From Callorhinchus milii (lineage: Eukaryota), in NCBI RefSeq assembly GCF_018977255.1, contig NW_024704742.1:112780001-112844000 (forward strand): a stretch of 64,000 nucleotides of DNA, given 5' to 3'. The translations under genes were made by a program, and so were the position numbers. Positions 1 to 14,260 of this stretch are shown here, in pieces (the stretch's first letter is position 1; the number at the start of each line of letters is the position of its first letter). A model generated the notes under the pieces. It was given only the letters and a program-made list of their open reading frames with translations, had not been told where the DNA came from and searched no databases.

Positions 1-535
1 GGTTGGAGCCAGCTGAGTGGAGGGGGTGGATGGAGAAGTAGGATGCTCTCTAGCATTTTTAACATATGCCAATATTATGGCTATGATCAAAGACTAATGC
101 AAAAGAAGTTGCCATAACAAAAGTTAGCTGACCAGGCCTTAGAGACAAGAGCAATAAGGTTCATCCTTTGTTTCAATGGAAAGAGCAACAACAAACTTTT
201 AGTTAATGTAGGGTAGCTCAAACCTTCCAATCTGGAGATTACAGTTATTATATTCTGTCAACCAAATTTCTTTATCTTTTCATTAAGCCCTGCACTCATA
301 AAGTATTAAATATTATGTTATTCATTTTAAATATTATAAAGAAATACTTCATTTGGTATCAGTATTCTTCTCTATATTTTGTCAAGTGATACAATGATGC
401 AAGTTACACTTTGCATTTTAGTTTACTTACCTATGAAACAGTCAACTTTGCAATGAAACTTTACACATTACTTAATGAAGAAATCCGGAAGTCTGTGATG
501 CCAACACATGGGAACGTCATTCCAAACAAAAAAAA

Positions 536-2446
536 CCTAAAAAACTCATTAAAAGCGAGAAAAAGGAGTATGAGGGTAAGATGGCTAGGAACATTAAGTC
601 AGATTGTAAAAGTTTTTACAAATATTTTAAGAGGAATAGGCTAGTGAGGGTAAATGTAGGTCCACTTCAGTCAGAGATGGGAGAAGTTGTCATGGGGGAT
701 AAGGACATGGCAGAGTCCCTAAATGGATACTTTGCATCTGTCTTCACCCTAGAAGACCCAACAAGTCTGCCAACAATAGAGATGCACCAAGGGGATAAGG
801 ACAGGGAGCAACTTTTCTTTAGTAGAGAATTGGTGCTAGGGAAACTGTTAGCACTAAAAAATGACAAATGCCTGGTTCGGATGGCTTGCATCCCAGAATT
901 TTAAAAGAGGTAGCTTATGAGATAGTGGAGGCCTTATGTCTGATCTTCCAAAATTCCTTGGATTCTGGAACAGTCCCCATGGATTGGAAGATCGCAAATG
1001 TCACACCACTATTTAAAAAAGGTGGAAAGGAAAAGATGGGGAACTATAGGCCATTTAGTCTCACATCAGTGATAGGAAAAATTTTAGAATTGTTGATTAA
1101 GGATGTGGTAGTGCGGTATTTAGGGGAGCACAATATAATTAGGCCAAGTCAACATGGCTTTACAAAAGGGAAGTCATGTTTGACAAATCTCATAGAATTT
1201 TTTGAGGATATTTCGAGTAAACAAGATAAGGGTGAATCAGTGGATGTGGTCTATTTGGACTTCCAGAAGGCATTCGATAAGGTGCCACATAACAGGTTAG
1301 TCCAAAAGATAGGGGCCCATGGAATTGGGAGGAGCATATTAACGTGGATTGGGGAATGGTTAACGGGTAGGAAATCAAGAGTAGGGATAAAGGGTTCTTT
1401 TCAGATTGGCGGGATGTGACTAATGGAGTGCCACAAGGATCAGTCCTTGGGCCTCAGCTATTTACCATCTACATCAACGGTCTAGATGAGGACATTGAAG
1501 TTAATATATCTAAATTCACGGATGACACAAAACTAGGAGGAAGTGTCAACACAGAAGATGACATTAAAAAATTGCAGCACAACATAGATAGGTTAGGTGA
1601 TTGGGCAGGTAGGTGGCAGATGAAGTATAATGTAGGGAAGTGCGAAGTCATCCACCTAGGTAGCAAAAACAGTAGAGCGGGTTATTTTTTAGAAGGGGAG
1701 AGATTGGAATGTGTTAGCGTCCAGAGGGACTTGGGTGTCCTTGTACACCAATCACAGAAAGTTAGTCTGCAGGTGCAGCAGCAATTAGGAAGGCGAACGG
1801 TATGTTAGCATTCATTATGAAAGGATTAGAGTATAAGAGTAGGGAAGTCTTGCTGCAACTGTATAGGGCCCTGGTGAGACCACACCTGGAATACTGCATC
1901 CAGTTTTGGTCTCCTCATTTAAGGAAGGATGTACTTACCTTGGAGGGGGTTCAGCGTAGATTTACTAGGTTAGTACCAGGGATGAAGAGGATGAGTTACG
2001 CGGATAGGCTGACCAATCTGGGCCTATATTCTCTAGAATATAGAAGAATTAGAGGGGATCTTATAGAAACCTATAAGATCATCAAAGGGTGTGATAGAGT
2101 AGATAGTGGGAGATTGTTTCCCCTGGTTGGAGAAACTAAAACCAGGGGTCACAACCTTAAAATCAGAGGCCAGCCCATTCGCACTGAGTTGAGGAAGAAC
2201 TTCTTCACTCAAACCGTGATGAATGTATGGAACTCACTACCCCAAAGGGCTGTTGACGCTCAGTCCTTGAACATATTCAAGACTGAGATAGATAGATTTC
2301 TTATTGCAAAAGGGATTAAGGGATACGGGGATAAGGCAGGGTTAGGTTATTAGCTGGTTAGATTAGAAGATCAGCCATGATTGAATGGCGGGGCAGGCTC
2401 GAAGGGCTGAATGGCCTACTCCTGCTCCTACATGTTATGTTATGTT
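536..2446 (+). mobile_element. CR1 LINE, 5'-truncated (ORF2 RT region to 3' tail), 3 frameshifts
   Basis: Overlapping ORFs 581-904, 868-1419, 1416-1808, 1802-2353 give [69 protein letters not shown]; 3' end gaatggcctactcctgctccta plus (atgtt)n. Confidence 0.97.
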
Positions 2447-3319
2447 AAATGGATCTACTTTGGTGTGGGATTCTGGTGACGCAAAGCGTAATTCTAGTTA
2501 CTGGAAGGAGTCCCAATTCCGATTACTTATTTAAGAAATTCATTAAGAAATGTTTTAAAATTGTCCCCTTTAAATTCATAGTTATTTCATTAAGGGTTTT
2601 TTAGTCACTCCCATTTTGTTTAGACATTGCAAGTCTGTCGTGTTGCCAGTTTGGCTGTCAATGTGCAGTGCTTAACATTTTCTGTCAAGTGTGTTACAGT
2701 TTTGTTATTGGTTCCTTTCATTAATATAACTCTGTTCAAGGTCGTTTGGCTTTTGCCAGCTTGTAAACTACATTTTTAATATGGAACTTTTGCAATTGAA
2801 AACTTTTGGCTAATACACATTCAGAACACTGCTGAAATACAATGTGATGCATTAAACATGTCACACAAATTAGAAATAGCAGCCAGGCATAAAAAAAATC
2901 ATTAGTATTGGTGCATTATGAATTAAAATATATCACCAAGGTTTGTGGATGCATTTTATATTGTAATTTCTTTCCTATATTTCATAAAATAATTAAATGA
3001 ATTGTTGATAAAACTTTTCTGGTTCTGGATGTACATCATTTGTGCCAGAAAGGATCTGACATTGAAATTTGACAGACTAACATGCTTTTTTTCTATTAGT
3101 ACTGGTGAGCAGATAGGTACTGGTGAAATTGCTGCCTATGAATTATCTCATTCCACATTTTTTGATAATAGTGTTATATTAATTCTTGCATTTGATATAT
3201 TACCTATGACGTCAAACGTCTCTAAGGTAATTACTGTAAGTGTAATGTCTATGTATTTGTAGGCAAAGGTGACAGTCATTTTGAGCAGAGCAAAATCAGA
3301 ATTAATCTAAAGGGCTATT

Positions 3320-3552
3320 GGCCAGTGCACCAGGATAAAATCCCTTAATTTTTAAAATGTCATGGGATCTTTAAAATGGAAGAGAAAATGGAACCTTGAT
3401 TTAACATCTACCTGATGCACTGCACTTCTGACAATTCAGCACTTTCCCATTAGTGCATTGGATTGTCCATCTGGTCTGTGAGTTAAAAAGCCCTGATGTA
3501 GGGCTTGAACTCGCAACCTTCTGACCCAGGGATGAAAATGCCAACTAAGCCA
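3320..3552 (-). mobile_element. Degraded tRNA-derived Deu-domain SINE (SacSINE1-like), 5' half
   Basis: gggcttgaactcgcaaccttctgaccc (B-box head) and catgggatcttt...ttaacatc...cttctgacaattcagcact align by eye with the 12860-13293 copy. Confidence 0.65.
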
Positions 3553-5214
3553 AGTTCAATACTGCTGTGTTTCAGTATATCCCACTTGCCCTGCTCCCCC
3601 TTGGGAGGCAAACTTTCAGCTATTCTTCCCTGAATCTCTGGAACTCCATCTCAGAGTCTCTCTGCCTTGCCCCCTCCCTCACCACCTTCAAAACCTGCCT
3701 GAACATGTATCTCATTTTTTAACAAATGTGGTTACAGTTCAAAAAGTACGACTCAATGGTTTCACATTAATTCCAAGCTTAAGCATTAATTAAGAATACA
3801 TTTGGGTTATTCAGATATTTTATTAGTAATAGATTGCAAATTATGACTGAGCAGATCTTGACAAGATCCACGTTTGGTCCAGTGAGAAACAAAAAAAAAT
3901 TGAATAAAATCGGGTTGTGAATCATTCAGCCGTACAAAGAACAATTAAACGCCTGCAACAGAGCATGACTTTTTCCTGCAGTCTTTTATTTCTTTTCTCA
4001 CTTTTGTAAGAATAGTTAGTGATTCAGACCACTGTATCTCTATACTTCACAGCCTCCTCCATTAACATTGATGTTTTAATGTTATTTAAGATTACAAGGG
4101 TGGGGAAGAGACTGAAGGACAGTATGATTCCAATACCTTGATGCAATCTATGGATTAGATAAAATGAACAATGGCATATGCTGAAAATTCTTTAACTAAA
4201 ACACTGGAAATACTCAAAAATCTTTTTGATAGTCCTATTGAATAGTTGTACCCGAAACATTAATGTATATTTTCTTTCAGCTGCTTGATTGACCTTCTGT
4301 GGATTTCTTACATTTATTGCAATCTATATACTTAATTTCTTGCAGAGCTTATAAATTCTCAATGGTGTAACTGAAAAGCACTGCTCACAAAATGTGGATG
4401 CAAATCCAGCGTGCATTAATTTAAGGACTACCTAACAAATTGAATGGCTGCAACACTTGTCGGTGCCCATAAGCAGTGCTCTGATGCAGTTGTATTTGTG
4501 AGCAAAGTAATAGTAAAAAGATAGAGGGCCAGAATCCCTGTAGAAAATGCAACATTTCCCCATCGCTTTATCTCCACATTAATGGAGCTCACATTGTAAC
4601 ATAAAGTTAGAATGGGGATATTGTATTTCATTATTCATTCAAAGCATCGACTGAAGCAAATCTGACCTCAATTTGTCTTTATAATGGAACTCATATTGGG
4701 GTTAATGCTAATTGAAAAATACTTTCTGAATTGCAGTGCTCTTCATTAAATGTCCTTATCTGGTAAGGACCAGTAACTGGTAAATGTCTAAAATTATAAA
4801 TGACCAGCCCAGTAAAGAGGGCAGTAGACATGAAGCTACATAAAGTTACCTGGAGCAATATGAAACGGAAACAGGCTATTTGATCCAGTTTGTAAGCAAT
4901 CCCAGAATTCTGACTAAAGGGATGACCAAAGAAAATCGCAAGGCTCATGGCCTTTTTCCTTCACATAAACTGCAGCTGTGAACAGTGAAAGCATGTTTAC
5001 AGAACACAAAGTTTCAACATCATTGTTGATAAGACATTGTTGTTGGCTACAATATGGACTTTCTCAGACTTTTCAGACTTGTTTAAAACAAACTGTTGGA
5101 ATATTGATGAAGTTGAGAGGATGTTGACAATTATTGGGTATTGGTAACAGGAGGAGATGATTGACCAAAATATGCTTTTTTGTGGGGCTGAATGCCAGAT
5201 GTCAATGTGTCTCA

Positions 5215-5290
5215 AGAAAAGGAGAAGAACTAAGTTTGGGAACGGAGATGAGTTTTTGGAAATGGAGCTGAGTTTTGGAAATGGAGTATC
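5215..5290. repeat. Short degenerate tandem repeat, ~19-20 bp unit (ggaaatggagctgagtttt), ~3-4 copies
   Basis: ggaacggagatgagttttt ggaaatggagctgagtttt ggaaatggag read directly. Confidence 0.7.
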
Positions 5291-6027
5291 GAGTCGTAAA
5301 TAATTTCAAGAAAAGAAAAGGATATACTACAAACAATGTTGATTGATGCACGTTAACAAGCCAAATCCGACATCAAAGCCACTGTATTGATCCGATCAAC
5401 CCATTTTGGTGAACTTTACTAACTTGTCATAAGCATTAATTTTATTTGATGAAGCAAATAACTTTAATATGCGTTTCTTTACTAATTTGTATTAATAAAT
5501 ATCAATTGATTGAAGAAGTAGTGTCCTTACTTCACCGCAGGCTCACAAATTTAATTAACCCTTACAAGTTCAAGCCAGTGTTTGTACTCCAGACAAACTC
5601 CCACCCCTCATATTCCCCTCTTTCTCTTGTGCATATGAAAGCTTCACTATACACCGATTTTATCAACTTTCACCAATACGCACAGTAAAATCAAACAAAA
5701 AAAGTAAAAGGTGCGGACAGTGCACTGCCCAGTCAATGGGCAATCTTGCATTAACATTATTTACAATTTACTTTTTTTTGACAGAGGTGTAAACCTGGGA
5801 GACTGAAGATCATAACAACAGTTGAAAATTGTTTAGAATGATGCGATCAACAGCACTACTCATTGGCACCAGGATCCAACCAGGATCTTTTCAACAATGC
5901 TACTTATTATGAGTTTAAGCATCTCAAACACTTGATTATGGGCCCAGATTTGCTACTAATTTTTAATCCACACTTTGGTTTTACAGACAATTTGGGATTC
6001 TTTCAACGGCATTAAAACAAGTTTGTG

Positions 6028-6920
6028 AATTTCAGGAGTTTCGGGGCATAGCGGCTGAATGCGTGACCTCCAATGTTCGTGGAGTGGAGGGCGCACGGGA
6101 TTAGCAGGAGGCCGGTGCCAGTTGAGTAGAGACATCGGGAGATGGATTGGTGAGGAGGTCGGAGAGGTAGGGAGGTGCCAGGGAATGAAGCGATTTGAAG
6201 CCGAGTGTGACGATTTTGAAGTTGATCCATTCAGTGATGGGGAACCAGTGGAGCCTGGCCAGAACTGGTGAGATGGGGGTATGGAGTTTAGTCTGGATTT
6301 TTTGAATAATGGAGCTGCGGAGACCAGCGAGGAGTATGTTTGAGTAATCCAGTGAGAGGTGGCAAATGCATTAACGAGGATTCAACTGCATTTGGGGTAA
6401 GGTACGGTCAGAGGTGGGCAATGTGGCGGAGGTGGAGGAAGGTGGTCCTGGTCAGGGACCAGATGTGGGGGAGGAAGGACAGCTGGGAGATGAAACAGAT
6501 GCCTAGATTGCGCATTGGTTCAGTGAGTCTGAGGGAGAGCCCAGGGAGGTTCTGGAGTTTAGATCTGCAGCAGTGAAGACGTTGATGGGAGCCAAGGAGT
6601 ATGGCTTCTGTCTTGTCCCTATTCAGCTGCAGGAAGTTTGCACTCATCCAGGCGCTGATGTCTGCCAGACAAGCTGAGAGGACATCGGCGGACCTAGATT
6701 CGCAGCTGGAGGAGGCAAAGTAGATTTTGGTGTCATCCACATATATGTGGAAGTTTACCCCGTGTCTGCGGATGACATTGCCAAGAAGGAGCACATAGAT
6801 GAGGAAAAGAAGGGCGCCAAGGATGGAGCCCTGCGGTACCCCGTAGGTGACCCGGTCGGGGGAATGAGAAACGATTTGCTGAGATGAAGTGGAAGTGATT
6901 GGTTAAGTAGGATTTAACCA
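6028..6920 (-). mobile_element. L2 LINE fragment, family B, 5'- and 3'-truncated
   Basis: ORF 6408-6794: HGVNFHIYVDDTKIY, LADISAWMSANFLQLNRDKTEAIL, RNLG; homologous to 7981-8892. Confidence 0.93.
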
Positions 6921-7980
6921 ATTAATTAATTTGAATTACCTTAGTGTTAGAATTCCCAGGGAGATAATGATTGCAGTATATCCAGCTTTACCAAAGGTGT
7001 ACAATTTAGTCCTTTCTTTTATTGTCTGTACTCTGGTAAGAGCATTTCCTTTTTCTCCTATTTGCTCGTTCCTTTCTTGGCTGCCATCTGCTGTTCCTAA
7101 TATGATCAAGGAGATTTTATGATCTACCAGAGTCTGCACTTTGCTAAATGGGACCCAGGACCTGTCATTGCAACAGGTTTTGTTTTAAAGGAAGAATCCA
7201 TAGAATCTAGACTTTGAAAAACAATACCCAAATGATAAATGTGAGACTGAAATCCAAAGGTCAATCTTGATACCTCAAAGTGAGGTCAGGATGCTGCTGT
7301 CAGTGTACCTTAAATTAACAGTGTATGTCACAGGCACCTTTCACATTAATAATGAAGTGATGGACAGCTCGCCTTTTGGTCAGGAAGGTGGGAGTTTGAA
7401 CCCCAGATCCTATTGTATGGTACAAAAGTGGCAGAGGACTATTGTATCAGAGGTTTTGTTGTTTGCAGGAAACATTAAACGATATATCATTACTTGACAT
7501 TTGATTATTGAGCAATTCAAGCAAGCAAGTAAACACCTTTCAGAAGCCTTTTGCACTTTTCATAGATAAATAACACTACAGTTTCATCACAGTACCTACC
7601 TACAGATGTGGATTTCGACCACAAAATACACAGTCAATCCACTTTACAATATATTCTGCGAATTGCTTTGGGATGTCACAACAACGTGATAAGGCACTAT
7701 ATCAAGGATTATTATTGCAGATAATTTGACACTGTTCTCAAAATATGTTATACATTCAGAATCTGGTTCTTATCAGATAACTAGCCACATTCATATCTGT
7801 TTGCAGGATTTCAAATAAGATGCCAGTTGGATAATATGATATAATGATAGTATCTTTAGTTCTAGGCAATGTTCTGTGAACTATCTAGAACTGTGCTAAG
7901 TGCTAAGCTATATTTTATCTACTGTTGTGTTAAGCTGTTCTATTGATTTGCCTTTTCTTCAAACGGGAAAACAAACATAA

Positions 7981-10182
7981 TAACAAAAACAACAACTTGC
8001 ACTTATATAGAACCTTCCATGCAGGGTAGCGTCTCAGGGCGCTTAACAGTGGCGGAGCCTGATTCTGAGCCGTGGTGATAGAGGAAGTTTTCAGGCGGGA
8101 CTTGAAAGAGGGGAGACAGGGGGCAAGGCGGAGGGATTGAGGGAGTGTTTCGTTCCAGAGTTTCAGGACGTAGTGGCTGAAAGTGCGACCTCCGATGGTA
8201 GGACGGAGGGTGCGAGGGACAAGCAGGAGGCCGGTGCCAGTCGAGCAAAGGCAGAGGCAGAGGTGCTGGGTGGTGGATTGGGGAGTGAGGAGGTTGGAGA
8301 GGTATGGAGGTGCCAGCGAGTGAAGGGATTTGAACACGAGTGTGAGATCTTGAAGTTGATCTGTCGGTGATGGGGAGCCAGTGGAGCCTGGCCAGAACTG
8401 GTAGGATGTGAGTACGGAGTTTGGTCTGGGTCAGTATGTGGGTGGCAGAGTTTTGAATGAGCTGGATGTTTTGAATGGTGGAGCTGGGGAGACCGGCGAG
8501 GAGTGCGTTTGAGTAATCCAAGCGGGAAGTGGTAAACACATGCACGAGGGTTTCAGCTGCATTTGGGGTAAGGAACGATTGGAGGCAAGATATGAGGTGG
8601 AGGTGGAGGTGGAGAAGGCGGTCCTGATCAGGGTTGGGATGCGGAGGAGCAACGACAATTGGGGGTTGAACTGGACGCCTAGGTTGGCATTGGTTCAGTG
8701 AGTCTGAGGGAGAGCCCAAGGAGTTTAGATCCACAGGAGTGAAGACGTTGGCGGGAGCCAAGAAGTACGGCTTCCGTCTTGTCCATATTCAGCTGCAGGA
8801 AGTTTACATTCAACCAGGCCTTGATGTCTGCCAGACAAGCTGATAGAACATTGGCGGGCCTGGAGTTGGTACTGGAGGAGGCAAAGTAGATTCATAGAAT
8901 GTTATGGCACAGAAAGAGGCCATTCAGCCCATTGAGTCTGTGCCGGCTCTTTGACAGAGCAAGTCACTTTCACTAACCCCAATCACCAGCTTTCTCCCCA
9001 TAACCCTGCAAACCCGTCTTCCCCAGATACCTATCCAGTTCTCTCTTAAAAGCTGTTATCGAATCGGACTTCACTGCCCTTTCAGGCAGATCATTCCAAA
9101 TTCGAACAACTCACTGAGTGAAAAAATTTCTTCTAACCTCCCCTCTGCTTCTTTTGGTAGATATCTTAAGACTGTGACCATGGGTCACAGACACACCTAC
9201 CAGCGGAAACAACTTTTCCTTATCTAGCCTGTCGAAACCTTTCATGATCTTGAAGACCTCTATCAGGTCCCCGCGTAACCTTCTCTGCTCTAAAGGGAAA
9301 AGTCCTAACTTCTCCAGCCTGTCCTCATAGCTAAGGTTCCCCATTCCTGGTATCATTCTCGTGAATCTCCTCTGCACCCTTTCCAGTGCCTTAATGTCCT
9401 TCCTGAAGTAAGGTGCCCAGAACTGGACGCAGTACTCCAGCTGAGGCCTAACCAGTGTTTTGTATAGATTAACAATAACCTCCCTACTCTTATACTCTAT
9501 GCCCCTACTAATAAAGCTCAGTACACCAAATGCCTTTTTTACTGCCTTATCTACCTGCTCCGCTACCTTTAATGATTCGCTTACTTGAACACCCAGATCT
9601 CGCTGTACGTTCAACACCCTTAAGATTGAGTTATCAAGTGTATATTGCCTCCTATCATTTTTCCTACCTAAGTGTATCACCTCACACTTATTCACATTGA
9701 AATCCATCTGCCACATGTCAGCCCATTCCACCATTCTGTGTATGTCTGCTTGCAGTTGGTTACAGTCCTCCTCACTATTTACTACCCTACCTAACTTTGT
9801 ATCATCTGCAAACTTGGAAATAGTGCTCTCTATGCCCAAGTCCAGATCATTAATATATATTAGAAAGAGCAGTGGTCCCAATACCGATCCCTGGGGGACA
9901 CCGCTGCACACCTCCTACCATTTGGAGAAACCCCCATTAACCACCACCCTCTGCTTTCTGTCACTCAGCCAGTTCTTAACCCAAACTGCCACTGTCCCCT
10001 TAATACCGTGGGCCTCTAATTTTTTTATTAATCTCTTATGCGGTACTGTGTCAAAAGCCTTTTTGAAATCCATGTAAATAACGTCCACCGCATTTCCCTC
10101 ATCAACCCTCGCAGTGACCTGTGTAGATTTGTGTGTCATCCACATACATGTGGAAGTTTACCCTGTGTTTGGTGATGACATC
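7981..10182 (-). mobile_element. L2 LINE, family B, with 3' tail; interrupted by CR1 at 8893-10122
   Basis: AETLVHVFTTSRLDYSNALLAGLP...LHWLP in ORF 8003-8761; tail gagacgctaccctgcatggaagg..tatataagtgcaagttgttg; L2 resumes at 10123 (FHMYVDDT). Confidence 0.94.
8893..10122 (-). mobile_element. CR1 LINE, 5'-truncated, nested in L2 with 7-bp TSD gtagatt
   Basis: ORFs 9915-10145 and 9111-9911 ([28 protein letters not shown]); 3' end gggctgaatggcctctttctgtgcc; gtagatt at 8886-8892 and 10123-10129. Confidence 0.97.
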
Positions 10183-12859
10183 TCAATATTTTGAAATGTC
10201 AGCCGACAGCTTCTGCTTGATGAATCATAAAAATCAAATGAACCCTTATCTGTGGGAGTTTTGTCAAAACTAATGTTAAAAGTTATTATCAGAATTTTGT
10301 AAGACAAAATAATTTTTTTTATATGGCTGTTGTCCAATAAATAATAGGAACAGTAATTCTTGCATAAGATGTCATGTTGTAAGACATCGTATTTTGTGGG
10401 TGAACAAGACAGTCAATTTGTGCACAGCATTTTCCTACAAACAGCCATCAAGTGAGTGACTAATCTTACAATTGAATCTATTCAAGCTGCACATTAAATC
10501 AAGGGACCTTTAATGTGCTGCTTGATGTTAGATGCCAGAAAGAGCACGGTTCGCGCTTAAAGGCGCAATACAAATATAATTTGCTTTTGTTGTTGTCCAT
10601 TCAAATCTCGGTTCAGCCTGGCCATTGATGGGCCTAAAATACCATAGTCTACAGGGAAAAATTGGCAGAAATGGAAAACATTATCAAATGTTTGTCCTAA
10701 TGTTTGTCCTGTTGGTTCACCGGTGAAGTGTTTGCTTGAATATGACTACTTCTACGGGTCACATTTGTACATCACTGGAAGGGGAGGGAAAAGTGTGCAA
10801 AATGCACAGAATTTTTGCATTGATCTACTTCAGGTGAAATCTTCCCTGGATTATTTTGATATTTTACGCCAAAAAAGATTCTTTGATATATATGTTAAAT
10901 ATATATCATATATATATCTACACGTATTTTAACGAAACATTTCCTAGTGCTTGCAGTTTTAAATCTTCCTGCCAACTCTACGAATATTACTTTTGAATTG
11001 TTTTGTTGATAGAATTGCACGAATTTCTAGCTGCCTGTCACTACACTTTACAGCAATTCCCTGAGAAGCATTATGAGACATTACATTCAAAGGCAGTGTA
11101 TCAAGTGCAAAAATCATTATTTACCAATTGAAAGAAGCTGATACTGTAACAAAAAGGTAAGGCTGGATGCAAATTGCTAGTCATGATGCCAAGCTCTTGG
11201 GGACAAAGAGAAAACAGAACATGGAACATAACAGGAATTTCAAATGAATTTACTTCCTTTCAAATTGATATATTTATTTTACTGGTAGAATTGGTTACCA
11301 AAAATTAATATCTCAGGTGATATTTAAATTGGAGAAACCCTCTTTTGTCAGCTATAATTTATTCCATCATATTACTATGGACTTCTACAGTGTCAGCCAC
11401 CTAATGCTATAATTAAATTGAACATTGGGCTAAATATGATGTAATCGTATGCAATAAATCAAGTCTAGTGTGATATAAAATGAGTTTTGCAAAATGGAAA
11501 ATAGACTCAAAAGTGACTCCAAGTTACTTCGCTGTGCTTTGCTTATCTGTGTAGTCCAGATATGTTTATTCACAATATACTACAGATGGCTGAAGCTGTC
11601 CACTGGCAAATATCCGAATATCACATGAATGAAAATCCATCCAGTTTCCAGTAACAATGAGAATCGAGAATGAAATAATATTCACTTAGTTCTCATCTGC
11701 ATGCTTGGATTTACCAGCAATGGACGGAAAAGGTCATGATTCAGACTGAAGAATTGAAGAACAGGAAACAAAATAGAAATTAATTAAAGTGCATGTTACA
11801 AATGAAGGTCAATGATGTGCGCAAAGTTTTGAGACCTGAATTTTTGTCTGGAAAGAGCTTTGCACTTTTGAGAGTTTAAAATGTAGTGCATCTTGAGTGA
11901 TAGAAAGATTATAGATAATCACCTACTTTACCAGCCCCACTAATGTCTGAGGCAGAATGGTATTGCTTACATTGTTTGACCACTCTGTAGGTTCAGTGCC
12001 TGAGAATATCTAACTTAAGTAAGCTGCAAAGAGATGTCTCAACATGACAACCCATGATTTGCAATGCCACTGTGAAATACAACAAGAGGACATGTATTTG
12101 TCTCCTTGAAATCTTGGCATTGCACTGCAATTTTTCCAAATCTAACAATTACATGCTGTATTAGTGTAAGGCTGCCAGTCTTCTTTCCTAATGCAAGTAC
12201 TTGCCATTGAAGAGTCTGATCTGAATTATGAAACACTACTGTACATTTTTGCTCTGAGAGGATACTTCATCGTTTACAACAAAGAAAATTCAAGTAAGTG
12301 GAAAAAAAACAAAAGCTGTCGAAAATTATTTCACAGTTGTTTTTTGTCTGGCAAGTCTGAAAGAATTTCAACACAACAACTAAACCCATGCCAATGTCCT
12401 ACGATTTGGGGGTTGGGGGGGGCAATGTGGTGTCACACCGAATATCAAACTCCTGCCTCCTCCCATTAATTTCTTGCAAAAATCTGAAACCAGAGACACA
12501 AAGAAGCTGGTAACTGACAGAACAGTTCAAAGGGTACCACTGCATAATGAAATCACAGGAACAGTATTTAATGAGAAGTAAATATCATAACCTGAAATGC
12601 GAATACAACTGGGAACTGCATACACTGGGGTGTAATTTGTGTTTTGTGCTAGCCATTTGTAAACGTGTGTCAAAAGGGAATTATAGATACCCTTAATTGA
12701 ACCATTAATAATTAACAAATAGGACTACAGATCAATTGGTTGTTAATTCCATGAATAAGAACACCTGTAATTCCCTTTCTATACATGTTTTTACACATGG
12801 TTAGCACAACCCTCAAATTACATCTCACTAATAAAATAATAATAAATAATCGCAATGCT

Positions 12860-13293
12860 TGGATTTCCATTTTGATATAGTGCCTTTCCACATGGTTGAA
12901 ATGTCACAAAACCCTTCACCGGATTTATTATGAAGTGTAGTAACTGTATTTGTATGCAAATTTGCTAGCTAATTTGCTCACAGCAATATCCAGCAAACAG
13001 TCATCAAATGTGTCACCAAACTTATCTGGAGGATTTGTTGGCCACGACTCCAGTAGAAATTCCCTTCTGTTTTTCAATAGCAGCAAGTGATCTTTAACAT
13101 CACTCTGAACAGGAGGACAGGGTCTCGGTTTAATGTCTCATCTGAAGGATGGCGCATCTGCAATGCAGCGAACTCCTAGTACTGCACTGCGGTGTCAGCA
13201 TAGATTATATGGATTTCTAATCCTGACATGAGGCTTGAACCCACAAACTTCTGTCTCAGAGGCGAGAGAGCTACCAATTGAGTCAGGGTGACA
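12860..13293 (-). mobile_element. Near full-length Deu-domain SINE (SacSINE1/AmnSINE-related)
   Basis: Minus strand: tRNA-like head ctcaattggtagctctctcgcctctgagacagaag...gggttcaagcc, Deu core gcagtgcagtact...ccttcagatgagacattaaaccgag, L2-type tail aaaggcactatatc. Confidence 0.85.
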
Positions 13294-13881
13294 TAAAGGA
13301 CATCTCTTAAAGCACTTGAAGTTCTGTTTGACTGTGCATATGAATCATACACGTGAAAACAGATGAAAATACCTAATGGAAGTGGCAAGTGATACTATTG
13401 TATTTTAAGTATCAAACATTTATAAACACAGAAGGAGCATTTTACCAGTGTGAAATTCAGTGCATTCAAGGTGAACTCTTTATTGGCTCCTCAGTTTTTG
13501 TTCAAAAAAATGTAAAGCCTGGACTCATTTGATTCCCTACAAACTGATGGCTGCTAGGTCTATTATAGCTCTGCTTGACAGTAAAGCATGAATCAAGTAC
13601 TTGAAAACAATGCAATGGCGGTAGGTCAAGGAATTTAATTTGGTATTACTGTCTTAAGGGCCTCAATACCTATCAGTCAGAATATCTCTCCAATGATCTT
13701 TTGAAAGCCTAAGGTGATTGGTTTCTATTTGCTCACTGCATGGGGTTCCAGTGGAGTTGAGGTTATTTCCCAATTATTATGTTACCGTAATTAATAGTGC
13801 AATTCGATCGTCTCTAGCATGACCATGAATGACTTAATACTGCCATTAAAGTAATTGATGGACTCATTTGATTCACCATAA

Positions 13882-14260
13882 ACTGGCTCCCTATCGCCGA
13901 ACGGATCGATTGCAAGATCATCACACTCGTTTTCAAATCCCTTCATGCCCTACCTCTCTAACCTGCTTACTCCTCTACCCACTACCCGCTGCCTCCACTC
14001 GACTGGCTCTGGCTTCTTGCATGTTCCTTGTGCCCTCCATTCCACCATCTGTGGCCGCACTTTGAATCACTACACCCCGAAACTCTGGAACAATCTTCCT
14101 CTATCCCTCCACCTCGCCCCTCTTTCTTCATTTTCAGGTTGCTCTTCTCTTCAACCATGCCTACGGTCGCCTCCCCACTCCTCATGCTCAGTGTTGTGCT
14201 CCGCCACTGTCAAGCACTCTGGGACACTACCCTGTGTGAGAGGCACTATATAAGTGTTGC
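13882..14260 (+). mobile_element. L2 LINE 3' fragment, family B
   Basis: WLP..PYLSNLL..PKLWNNLP; tail gacactaccctgtgtgagaggcactatataag. Confidence 0.9.
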
